Below, piece after piece: positions 11,696 to 27,555 of a stretch of DNA of 64,000 bases (position 1 is its first letter; every line of letters begins with the position of its first letter). The DNA is taken from contig NC_059440.1 in assembly GCF_021028975.2 (NCBI RefSeq), positions 22,816,001 to 22,880,000 of the forward strand, in the 5' to 3' direction. This DNA comes from Sphaerodactylus townsendi (Eukaryota). The notes beneath the pieces were generated by a model, which was not told where the DNA came from, made no database searches, and saw only the letters and a list, made by a program, of their open reading frames with translations. The translations under genes and the position numbers were made by a program.

Positions 11696-13920
11696 TTAAT
11701 CCATACTTCTGTATTTTACGCCTTTCATTTTTTCGGAACAGAAAAGCTTACTTCAGATGGAAGGTTGTCTCCACGGGTCCACCTGTAGTACCATGAGACG
11801 ACGTTCGGGCTGTTGAGTTCGTAAATGGGAGCTGGTATATCTTTGTAGGTTCTTCAAATGCTGATCTTTAGAAAAGTGACCACTAACGGGGGGACATGGA
11901 AGAAGTTTAGAAAATTACCTTCTGTGCTATCTCTCGCTGCAAAATGTCCTTGAGGAGTGAAAATACCACATACTAAAAGGCTGGCTTAAGTACAGACCGT
12001 GGCCCATCAGCGTAACACTGGTGGCAGCGGAGCTGGGATGCTGGCGCAGTGTTCGTGTTCCAATGCCAGGGAAGGGGGTGGTGATTGCCGCCTGCTGGCA
12101 GGATTGCCCCTCCACCAGGGTAAGTGCTCCTGGAAGGGCAAATCTGCCGGCACGGCTATGCACCACTCCCTGAAGTGGATTTACACGCATACACACACAC
12201 ACACGGCATTTGGGCCCACACAGAACGCAGGCTAAAAATTTACAAGACAGAAGATACATTTGGCTCCAGTAAGCTCTTTATTATGTTTATTATGTTCTTG
12301 GTTGTTGAATTCGGTGTTGAATCATCGAATTATTCTGCTTTCATCCCCTTTTAAAAACTTTTTTACGTCGCTTTCTTCCCCCAGTGCATAATTTGCTTGA
12401 TTTATTCTTCTGCAGGCATTCTCCCCCTTGGCCTACACAGCTTGCAATCTGTTGTTTTTTAATGAATTGGTTTATTTTGCTGTGGCAATGAATCATCTTG
12501 GACACAGACTGGACAGGCAGGGTATAAATATATTTTGGGGGGAAATGTAACAACAAAATGTCAAGATTCTGAGAATACTCAGATGTGGACTCTGGGTGAA
12601 AGAAAGAGAGGGAGGCAGGCAGCATTTATGGGCTGAGTTCAAACAGAGTCTTTGTAAAGCCCTAGAATGTATACTATGCCAATGAGTAGTCTATTGTGTA
12701 CTAAAGAATTGGTTAATAACAGTAGTGGGTTGTTACTGGCAACACATAGCTAGACATGAACTAAATGCAGAAGGTCTCAAGTTCAGTCCCCAGTATCCCA
12801 GTTAAAAGCAGGAAGTGATGTGAAAGGCCTCCACCTGGGACCCTGGAAACCATCTGTCAGTCTGAGTAGACAATGCAGACCTTGATAGACCAAGCGTCCA
12901 TGTGATTTAGTACCAGGCAACTTCATGTGTCTGATGTAACATGTAAATCGCCTTCAAAACTAGTCAGGACAAATTGTGTTGTTATGTTAGTCACTCTTAG
13001 CAGGTTCGCTTTGAAGACCCTGCATAGAAAAGAGGTGGCAAAGATTTAAATGGGTACAGCCGCCTGTACGACTTCAACAGGTGGGGGATGTCGTATTCTG
13101 GGATGCTCCCCTTTGTTAAAAACTCCCTGCAATGCAGAATGCGAGACTTCCCCCCCCCCCCTCTGCTGTAGTTTTCTGTTTGCATGGACTTTAAAAAAAA
13201 ATAAATGCAAAGAGAGCCTTAACACTGAAACCCATCTCCAGCCGGTGTGAACCCATTCTCCTGCAGGTGTGAACTAGCTTGTCGCTCAAATAACAGTCCC
13301 CTCTCCATGCTCAACACTTCAGGGTGATTCTGAAAGCCCCCCCCCCCCCCGTCTCATGAGTTCATCCCTCTTCCTGAAACATTCATGCCAATTAAATGTA
13401 TACATGTTTCTAGCGACATTCGCAGATATTTTTGCAAGCACTCCACAATAGCATGTCAGTGACCCCCACCTGCCATGCATCTTAAGGGGATTCTGTTATT
13501 CACCAATAAAAAACGCAGGCGCTGCAGATCCGTTCTTCTAGAGGCAGCTCATGACCAGCATTCTAAAAAGGCCTTTTTCAAGTTTTATGAGCAAAGAGCA
13601 AAAGCAATAACCTCCTTTCCCAAGCCGGAGTTCTGGTTCTAGCGGCCGGTTGTCCCTGCTCACCCAGATTCTGTTCTCTCCCCAAATATTATTGCCAATG
13701 CAGAGGGCAGAAGGACAGAGGCCAACAAGGGAAGCAACGGAGCGTATGAGGACAAACCGCCCACTGTTCTTGGCAGGTCAGAGAACCTTGGGTTCTGAGG
13801 GAGAGTGTAGGGGGAGGAAAGAATGCCTTGGACATTGTCCACCAATGGGCAGCTTGGATGGCTGAAGATCAAAGATCAGAAAACTTCATGCATGAAAAAT
13901 TAACGAGGCTTTTTACAGAG

Positions 13921-14225
13921 AGAAGAGGAGGAGGAGGAGTTTGGATTTATACTTTGCTTTTCTCAGCTGTAAGGAGTCTCAAAGCAACTTACAAACTCCT
14001 TCCCTTCCTCTCCCTACAACAGACACCTTATGAGGTAGGTGGGGCTGAGAGGGTTCCAACAGAACTGTGACTAGACCAAGGTCACCCAGCGAGCTTCATA
14101 TGGAGGAGTGGGGAACCAAATCCAGTTCACCAGATTAGAGTCCGCCACTCCTGCAGAGGCATGAGGAATCAAACCCAGCTCTCCAGATAAGAGTCCACTG
14201 CTCTTAACCACTACCCCACGTTGGC
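13921..14225 (-). mobile_element. Squam3-type SINE
   Basis: Family motifs as at 9910-10203. Confidence 0.8.
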
Positions 14226-14748
14226 TGTGGCCCGCTTGCTGGTTCATGCATACTGCCACCCAGTCTGTGCGGCCATGTTAAGGAGGGTCACAGAGGTGAC
14301 TGATTCTCAAGCTTACTGCCATGTTAGGAAGGTTTAATGGTGTTATTCCATACTCTAAAAGATCCTGCAGATGTGGTGCTAACAACCAACAATTTTCAGA
14401 TTTGAGAGCTGACTTGATTTTTCCTTTGCTTACACCGAACTCTCCCTCTATAGAAGCCAAGTTTACTTGACTCCTAGTGAAGACGAACAAGGAATTTTCG
14501 GTGTGGCTAAATTTTCGGCAACCGTGACGAAATCTTGGAATTGAAATATTAAACTTTTCATTTCCTTTTCAGATTGGCACGGCTTGCTGGTTAAGACTTT
14601 TGTCCAAAAACAGTGATCAAGAAGGAGGAGGCATTTCACTGCCACGTAAACGTATTGAAGGGTGTGAGAGTCATCCTTTCTGTGCACATACTTCCTTCCT
14701 CCTGGTTTAGGGTCAAGACGCTATACAAGAACACACCCAAGTCTGAGA

Positions 14749-19062
<4,314 letters not shown>

Positions 19063-20368
19063 GGAGGGTGAGGGGGTTGCTTAGAAGCAGCGCTTCTAAG
19101 ATTTATCTCTACTCCATTATTTCAAATTCTTTTTGTAATTCCTAAGCCAAACTGAGCAATGGATCCCTCCCTGAATTATTTCCCTATAAGTGGTGAAGTG
19201 CAATTAAGGAACAAATGTGCAAATCCTCTCCGTGCCCACCACCTAACATCCATACAGGCATAAAAATGGTATACTGCGGGGATAGGGCGGGATATAAATC
19301 AAATCAAATACATAAATAAAATAAATACAACCAATATCTGTGATGAAATCTGGAACTGCTTATGTGATCTGCCTATTTTTGTTTCGGACAAGCAATATGA
19401 TCCCTCCGTTTTATCCTCACAACAACCGTGCAAAGTAGGATGGTGATGGAGAAGTGCCATCAAGTCACAAACAACTCACGGTAACCCTGCAGAAGTTTTG
19501 AGACAAGACACGAACAAGAAGTGGTTTGCCATTAAGCTGAGAGAATATGGCTGGCCCAAAGGCATGGTATGAGCTTCACAGATGAAACTCAGGTGCCCTC
19601 AGTCTTAGTTCAACACTCTATCCACTATGCCACATTGGCTGTACACCATGTATGCCCTGTTTTAATGCTGCATTTCCAGGAACACTGGAGTCACAGCAGG
19701 TATGCCAGGTGAGTAAAAAGGGCAGTTGCATTCTCCGTATCTGGCTTCTCTTCTAGTTCAGGCTTTTTTTCTGTTTCTTGCACAAGAAGAAAGCATTGCA
19801 GCATTATCCGTCCCAGGCGCAACATTCTCATGCTGATCACGGCGTTTGACTCAGTGAAATGCCATCCAGGACTATATACCATAAGCTAATTTCCCAGTAA
19901 TTAAAGATTGCTATTTACGAGCTTGCTATTGGCACCTTAATTCCATTGCTCCGTTCCAATCAAAGGGGAATACCAATGATTGGTTCTTCCTCCTGATATG
20001 CTACAGATGAGGATAATGTTTGCACCAGAGAAATTCATTCTGACAAATTCGGCCGTATGGAACCAGCGGCTTCTGCAAGTCACGCAAAGACAAGGCGGGG
20101 GAACAATCTCTTCTTTATTATATAGATATTTCACAAACAATCCGATACACAAACCCAGCATACAAACACATAGAGCTACAGAAAACTGCACAATTAAGCA
20201 AACAACTCATAATTGTAATTCAGAAATCCTACAAGGGATTCTTTAACCCATCCCCTATCCCTATGTCTCAACTGGACAATTTCTGACAATTTTGGCAGGT
20301 TAGTTATTTTTGTTTATTTATTACATTTATATCCCGCCATATCTCCAAAGACTCAAGGCGACTCACAG

Positions 20369-21110
20369 TATTTTCTAGAATAAGGGCGATCCTATTATTA
20401 TTGATGTGCGTGAAACGACCCAGGATCTTTGTAAATTTTTGTTTGTGATGCCTTGGAGAGTCTCAGTTGTTTTTAGAGCCCAAATTGTTTACACATTTTT
20501 TAATCAGGACGATCCAATAATATTATTGGCAGTTTGGGTACTTTCTAGAATAAGGGGGATCCTGTTATTATTTATGTGTGTGGAACGACCAAGGATCTTT
20601 CCAAGTTTTTGTTTATGATGTCTTGGGAAATCTGGGCTGCTTTTACAGCCCGGATTGTTTATACACTTTTATCAGGATAATGAAGGCAATCCCATAATAT
20701 TATTGGCAGTTTGGCTATTTTCTAGAATAAGGACGATCCTATTGTTATTGATGTGCGTGGAACATCCAAGGATCTTTGCAAGTTTTTGTTTATGCCTTGG
20801 GAAGTCTGAGCTGTTTTTTGAGCCCGGATTGTTTCTACACTTTTGTTAGAGCCCAGATTATATCTTTTTATCGGGACAGTGAAGGCAATCCCATAATATT
20901 ATTGGCAGTTTGGATATTTTCGACAATAAGGGCAATCCTATTATTATTATTGATGTACGTGGAACCACAGAGGATTTTTGTTTATGATGTCTTGGGAAGC
21001 CTGAGCTGCTATGAGAACCCGGATTGTTTGTGCACTTTTTTGCAGGATAATAAAGGCAATCCTATAATATTATCAGGACAATGAAAGCAATCCCATAACA
21101 TTATTTCAAT
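20369..21110. repeat. Diverged tandem repeat, about 4 units of 170-200 bp
   Basis: ttctagaataaggg..atcct anchor recurs near 20369, 20539, 20716 and 20915. Confidence 0.85.
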
Positions 21111-21169
21111 TTATGGATCGAGCTACGAAGAAAGCGAAGCGAAGGCAATTGCACTGTTGTGACTCTGCT

Positions 21170-21800
21170 AACCCGCACATGCACAATAGCGAGCGGTCAC
21201 TCTGCGCAGGGTCGAGGGCACGGCCGGGGCAAAGCGTCCCACCGGCCGGGCCTGGCCGACCCCACCCACTCCGCTGTCAGCCTCGGCTCCGCCTGACCCG
21301 GCAGTTCGGCCGCCCGCGGGGGGGTGGCGTCACCGCGAGCCGCCGTCCACCGTCAGAAGCTCCGGCGGGGCCCGGCGCGGCGCGGCTGATCCAGAATGGC
21401 GCTGCGGCAGGCGCTGGGCCAGGGGCTGCGGCTGGCCCGGGGGCTGCTGTCGCGGTGCTTCGGCGCGGGGCCTCCCGTTCCTGGGCCTCCGCCGCCGCCG
21501 CCGCCGCTGCGACAGGCCGTTCTCCTCCGCCAGCCGGCGCCGTTCCGTGCGGGCTTCCTACGCGAGGCCGCGGGTCGGCTAGGCCTCAGGCGGGTGCCGT
21601 TTCGGCAAATCGCCACCCGCGTAGCGACGGGGCCTTATCACCGCCGCCGCCTCGGCTTGGCCTTCAGCCTGGGGCTGGCGTTGTTCGAGCCGGCGCTGGC
21701 TGTGCAGAGGCAGGCGGACGAGGCGTGCAAGGACATCCAGGTGCGGGAGGGCGAGCTAGGCCGCGTTGCCATGGCGACCAGGAAATACTGTGGGCATCCA
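21170..21800 (+). promoter_or_regulatory. CpG island / promoter of PINK1
   Basis: Very high GC and CpG density surrounding the PINK1 ATG. Confidence 0.85.
21396..21740 (+). CDS. PINK1: PINK1 exon 1 (presequence and TM)
   Basis: [13 protein letters not shown]...ACKDIQ; donor CAG|gtgcgg; inside CpG island. Confidence 0.94.
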
Positions 21801-23130
21801 TGGGGGAAGCTTTCTTCCTTTTCTTGCACCCGTGGGGCTGAAATCCTCCCTTCTCCCCCCACCCCGCACCCCATAATTGGAGTGTCTTCCCAGTGAGGCG
21901 GGGGGGGGGGGACATATGAAAAGCCCCACTGGATCAGGTCATGAAGTCTGTCCAGCCTGCAAAATAAATATGATGGGTAGTAGCATCCTCTTTTACACAG
22001 GGGCTACCCAAAGGAATCCCAAAAGGAAGGCATGACCCTGGCCCTGTCTCAGTTACTTATGCCTTGTCATTTAAGTTGGCAAAGGTTGACTGCCTCTGAG
22101 CATGGCATCTTCATTTAACTTGTTGGCTAACAACTGTGGATCTGTCCCCCCATTGTGTATTATTACTGGATCATGCCATCTAGTCCACCAGTTATTGAGT
22201 GTCATCCCAAGGAGTGTCATCCCAATGAGGGGAGAAACATATACAAAAACCTCACTGGATCAGCCTATCCAGTATATCCAGTCTTCAAAAAAATATATAC
22301 ACAGGGGCTACCCAAAGGAATCCCAAAAGTAAGGCTACCCAAAGGAATCCCAAAAACAGTCCCGCCCCGTCTCAGTTATTTATGCCTTGCCGTTTGAGTA
22401 GGCAAAGGTTGACTGCCTCCAAGCATGGTATCTTCATTTCACTCTGTTGACAATAAACTGTTGGTCCTTAAGCATCTGGTTGGCTGGGATGTTGGAACCG
22501 ATCATCCTGAGGTCTGATCCAGTTGGGATCTGACTATATATCTTGAAACTTCCTGCCCATAAGGTCTGGCAAGGAAGATACCAGTGGGACTTACTGCTGT
22601 TTCCCTTTAATATCAGCATTTTGTCAGCAGCACAGTATTTATTAATACTGTAAGCATAATTTTGTGACCTACGTTATCTGTTCCCCCCAGATGATATTTA
22701 CCCGAAGGAACAGGATCCGGAAAGATCCTTCGGGCGTATTCCGCCAGCAGGGCTTCAAACTGGAAGAGTACTCCATTGGCCAGCCCCTCGGCAAAGGCTG
22801 CAGCGCTGCAGTATATGAAGCTGCCATACCTTCATCCGCCTCTTCCAAAGCAAGCAATGACCCAAACTCTGAAGATTGTAATCAGTATGAGCATGGTGAT
22901 ATCCAGGCTGCAGATTCTCACCAAGACCATGACTGGAAAGCTGGCTTCCCACTGGCTATCAAGATGATGTGGAACATTTCGGTGAGGATCCAGTCTTGGG
23001 TTTGCTACTTGGGGTTTTGTGTTTTTTTTTGGAGTGGAAGGTTTTCTTTAGGAGTCAGGTTTGCTTTTGTTTTTTTAACAGAAAGTTGAAAGAAACTGGA
23101 ATCAAAACCTCAAAGCAGTCAAATTATGTT

Positions 23131-23170
<40 letters not shown>

Positions 23171-26100
23171 AGAGAGAGAGAGAGAGAGAGAAGTGCTGTC
23201 AAGTCACAGCTGACTTATGGCAACTCCGTAGGGTTTTCAAGGCGAGAGGCATCCAGTCGAGAGGTGGTTTGCCATTGCGTGCCTCTGCAGGGGCTGAGAG
23301 AGTTCTAAGAAAATTACTGGCCCAAAGTCACCCAGCAGGCTTCATGTGGAGGAGTGGGGAATCGAACCTGGTTCTCTGGATTAGAGTCCACTGCTTTTAA
23401 CCACTACACCATGCTGGTTGACACTCAGCTTGTGAAAGCCAAGCCAGTTTGCTTCTGGGGTGTGTATTGTTTGTCTGAGTGGTTTGGTGGTTTGAGAAGA
23501 AGAAAATACAAAGAGCACCTTGATGTGGTTAGAGTGTTGGACCTGGGAGGCCTACAATCAAATCTCCACTGAGTCATGGAAGTTTGCTGGGTGATTTTGG
23601 GTGAGTCATTTTCTCCCAGCCTAACCTACCTCACAGGGTTTTTGCGAAGACAAAATGGAGGAGGGGGGAATGATGTAAACGGTTTTGAATCCCCATTGGG
23701 GAGCAAGGCACACCTTCAGTTTTCAGGTGCTATTTATTTATTTTACCATAGTTTATCCTACTTCTGGGCTGCCAAATAGTTCCCTCAGCTGCTGACGTCA
23801 GTTAAAAATCAATGCAGGCGTTGCTCTAACTAAAGGAAAATGCTTGTAGAAGGGATTTAGAGCAGGGGCTCAGCCTGGGTATGGTAAATGGGATTTAGCA
23901 GAGGAATTTGAACTCGAAGAAACTAATTTTGTTTGTTCCGCCTATGCTTGCCTAGGCTGGTTCCTCAAGCGAAGGCATCCTCCACACCATGTCTCAGGAA
24001 CTCGTTCCAGCCCGGAGCTCCGCTTTGTCTGGAGAATTTGGAGCACTCGCCTGCCCCAGGTAGGATGTATTGAACAATTGTACACTTATACCCCCCAAAT
24101 CATTTAAGTTTTGCTTTGAGGAAAACAGAATCTTCAAAGAAAATGTCAACAGCTGCCCTCAGTGTTGTTTTGGTTCTGGTTTTTTTGGGGGGGAAAGATT
24201 CCTGTGACACTGTAAGGTAATTGGCAAAAAAGTGAAAAGAGGTAAAAAGCAAAAAAAAAACCCCAAAACCCCAAGATTCCCTGACGCTATTTAGACATGG
24301 AGCTGCAAACCAAAACAACCCTGTTTTATATATAGACCATTAAAATCATGAGTGGGACTTGCTACTGCCCCATATCTGACTTCTGTTACCTTTTCCAAGT
24401 TTTGATGGGCCTTTTCCAGAGGGCTTTACCCTGTCTCTGTTCTGTTCTTGAACTAGAGAAATTAGGAGCCTACCTCACAGGAGGGTTCAAGAGAACAAGC
24501 ATAACAAAGACTATAAAAGCATTCTGCCAGGTGAACAAAATGCTGTCACAGTGATAAATGAACTATCTTTAAACAGGAAACTTGGCTTTGGGAAGAAGCA
24601 ACTGAAACCTCACCCAAACATCATCCAGGTTCTCCGAGCATTCACCTCTCACGTCCCGCTTCTCCCTGGTGCAACAATAGACTACCCAGATGTTCTGCCT
24701 GCCACTCTGAATCCCTCTGGAATTGGACACAGCCGCACACTCTTCCTGGTGATGAAAAAGTAAGTCAAGAAGAGAGCAGGGTTGTAGTATTCAGCGTATT
24801 TGTTAGCTTCTAGCTTTCATGATTTTGAAGAACAGGTAGGCCTCTACTTCCAAGGTTGCATTTGGCTGCTGTAGGAGCTGATGCGGTTCTATTTACACCC
24901 CCATCTTCATTCCTGTAACAACACACTCCTAGACACCATATCCATTACATTCTACTCTTCCTAGAACCCTATGCTCCCTGCCTTCTCTGAGGAGGGAGGG
25001 AGGTGGTGCTGGACATGACACAGGAGCTAGGCAGTAAGAGCTGTGCACAGCTGTGAACTTCCTTTCTGCTTTCCCCACCCAGCTATCCATGTACTCTGCG
25101 CCAGTATCTCCGTGAGAGGATTCCCGATCCCCAGCTGGGCATCATGATGATTTTGCAGTTACTGGAGGGGGTGGACCACCTCGTCCAACAAGGAGTGGCT
25201 CACAGGGATTTGAAGTCAGACAACATCCTTGTCGAATTTGATCCTGGTATGGCCCAATTGCGCACTCCCTGAAATGATTCAGCCTGTTCTCCCCCCCTCC
25301 CCCCCCCCCGTCCTTTTCTGGGCAGCTCCCTCCCTGCACATTTATGTGGTTCAAAGCTTCCTGCCAAACTCTCCTTTAACTCCTTTTGCGTGAAGCTTTT
25401 GCCCATTCCCCCTCAGTCCTCTTCGGCATGCACTCACGTGAATCCCTCCCTTTCATTCTCTAGTTTCTCTTAGGCCTCCCTATTGTTTGTTTCACATTGG
25501 AAGCTTCTTGGGTCAGAATTGCTGTGATCTGACCTCTCATTCCAGCCTATAACAATGGCAGAATTTCTAGCTGGATTTTGTCCCGGTCCCTGATCTCTGC
25601 TGGTTATGGTTTTCCTGGCAGCACAGAGGCCCTGTTTTAAAAGTCCTACAGTGAAAATAGGCTAGTAACTCAGACCTTGTTAAGCATTCAGTGATAACTA
25701 GCAAAAAGAAATGGTCTTTTAGAGCCAAAAGCACACTCAAGTCTGATGGGCTTGAATGAACAGGCAACAATGAAGATACCGGCTGCTCTGCGGGCCTGCT
25801 TGAACATCTACTCTCTTCCCTATTGCTTGCAGTGGGACGTCCATGGCTGGTGATCACAGATTTCGGCTGCTGTTTGGCTGATGACAAAATTGGCTTGAGG
25901 CTGCCTTTTACCAGCTGGTACGTGGATCGTGGCGGCAACAGCTGCCTCATGGCACCAGAGGTAAATCCTGACTCTCTTCTGGGGCTGTTCTTACCTTCCA
26001 TCTCTGCACGTCACCCTCCGGTGCAGTCTTCTAGAAACAAAACTGGTCTTGGTTGCAGTTCAGAAATGCAGGTGAATCGGAAACTTCAGAAAGAGCTGAG

Positions 26101-27555
26101 GTCGCACCTTGCCCACTTGAAGCATGATATTGTAAGCTACTTTGGGATCGCATTAGTGGGGTACCAATGACTAAATATGGAAAGTGGGGTACCAGTGACT
26201 AAATATGGCAACTTCAGAAGGGCCAAATTGACAGTGGGGAGGTTGGGATTTTGTCTGCTGGTTGCTTGATCCTCCTAAATAGGGAAGTTCCTTTTACTGG
26301 AGCTACAGATCCGTTGAGACCTCGAGATTTCCCAGACTCCATTTTTCCCAGGCACACGACAGCATCTTCTTCCAGTCCGGGTCATTGACGGGGCCAGTGC
26401 AGTTGATCTCACTCTGGGGAGCATGCAGACAGACCTGGGATTACATCAGCGCACACTTGGCCATGCTTAGCTCTCTTTGTACATCCCCTCTCCCTCGCCG
26501 TTCTCTCTGCAGGTGCTCACAGCTTCCCCCGGCCCTAGGGTGGTGATCAATTACACCAAAACAGATGCCTGGGCTGTCGGAGCAATCGCATACGAGATCC
26601 TTGGCTCACGTAACCCATTCTACGGCAGTGGGGGATCGTCCCTTGAAAGCAGGAGTTACAGGGAAGAGCAGCTGCCGCCCTTGCCAGAGGCTGCACCCCT
26701 GGAAGTGAAGAGGCTCGTCCGGGCGCTGCTTTGCCGATGTCCCAAGAAGGTGAGGATGCTTTTCCTGGGCGCTTCCAGGCTTTACCTTCCTCAACATGTG
26801 TTGGACCAACCCAGAAGTTAGTGACCTGCAAAAAGCACTCTGATTCTCAGGTAGTGTAATGGGCCAGAGCTGCCTGCTACTGTGTTTGCTGGTGCCTGCC
26901 TGCTCCTCCTCCACATTAGAAGGGGCTCCCAGTCAAAACCCAGAAAGCAGCACAGCAGAGGTCCCTGTCTGAATACTGTTATTAATGTTAAATGTAACAT
27001 CCTTACATTTTTGCTGCAATCTTCCTCCCAGGAGCTCAGAAAAGCTTACATTGTTCTCCCCTCCCCTTTATCCTCACAGCAATGCCCCCCCTCCCCAAAT
27101 GAAGCAGGCTAGGCTGAGATAGAGTGATTGGCCCAAGGCCACCCAGCAAACTGGACAGTCAAATGGGGAACTTGATTCTGGGTCTCCCCAACTGTGATCC
27201 AGCATCCTAATTCACCCTCCCACTCACAGTAGTTTCAGCTAGATCCATTTATTCCCCATTTCTCTTTCAGAGACTTTCGGCCAGAGTTGCGGCCAACATA
27301 CTTCATCTGAGCTTGTGGGGTGAAGGCATACTCAGCCTCAAGGACCTGCGACTTGACAAGATGATTGGCTGGCTTCTTCACCAATCAGCGGCCACCTTAC
27401 TGATGGATGGACTTGGAGATGGAAACCGCATCGAAACCAGGCTGAAGAAATGCTTTTTAGCAAACCTGGAGTATGAAGATCTCTGGGAGGCGGCGGCCCT
27501 CCTTTGCTCCTGGAGAAACGTGGCGGCAGGAAGAGCTCTGATCTGCGCCCCTTGA
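21396..27555 (+). CDS. PINK1: PTEN-induced kinase 1, whole gene: join(21396..21740,22691..22981,23956..24059,24577..24759,25083..25246,25833..25960,26513..26749,27271..27555), 578 aa
   Basis: Arg-rich mitochondrial presequence, TM segment LAFSLGLAL, kinase motifs [39 protein letters not shown]; GT-AG introns in frame. Confidence 0.97.
21912..22465. repeat. Local tandem duplication (period about 325 bp) of an old CR1-like fragment in PINK1 intron 1
   Basis: acacaggggctacccaaaggaatcccaaaa and ggcaaaggttgactgcctc each present twice. Confidence 0.7.
22691..22981 (+). CDS. PINK1: PINK1 exon 2
   Basis: [24 protein letters not shown]...[12 protein letters not shown]; donor TCG|gtgagg. Confidence 0.96.
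23134..23190. repeat. (GT)n(GA)n compound microsatellite
   Basis: Direct reading. Confidence 0.95.
23956..24059 (+). CDS. PINK1: PINK1 exon 3
   Basis: [19 protein letters not shown] (Ser228-equivalent region); donor AG|gtagga. Confidence 0.95.
24577..24759 (+). CDS. PINK1: PINK1 exon 4
   Basis: [17 protein letters not shown]...[11 protein letters not shown]; donor AA|gtaagt. Confidence 0.96.
25083..25246 (+). CDS. PINK1: PINK1 exon 5
   Basis: YPCTLRQYL...[17 protein letters not shown]; donor G|gtatgg. Confidence 0.96.
25833..25960 (+). CDS. PINK1: PINK1 exon 6
   Basis: [13 protein letters not shown]...[11 protein letters not shown]; donor GAG|gtaaat. Confidence 0.96.
26513..26749 (+). CDS. 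PINK1: PINK1 exon 7
   Basis: [20 protein letters not shown]...CPKK; donor AAG|gtgagg. Confidence 0.96.
27271..27555 (+). CDS. PINK1: PINK1 exon 8 (last coding)
   Basis: tttcag|[18 protein letters not shown]...ICAP*. Confidence 0.95.
   Translation, partial: RLSARVAANILHLSLWGEGILSLKDLRLDKMIGWLLHQSAATLLMDGLGDGNRIETRLKKCFLANLEYEDLWEAAALLCSWRNVAAGRALICAP

Noticed and set aside
11866-11918. Apparent minus-strand GT-AG intron joining two exon-like blocks
   Set aside because: Only 53 nt, below the usual vertebrate minimum, and no recognisable peptide.
20369-21110. Repeat array considered as CRISPR-like
   Set aside because: Eukaryotic context, long diverged units, no unique spacers and no cas genes.
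21113-21841. 242-aa ORF overlapping PINK1 exon 1 in another frame
   Set aside because: Low-complexity Ala/Gly/Pro/Arg product expected from a stop-poor CpG island; its ATG is probably upstream of the TSS.
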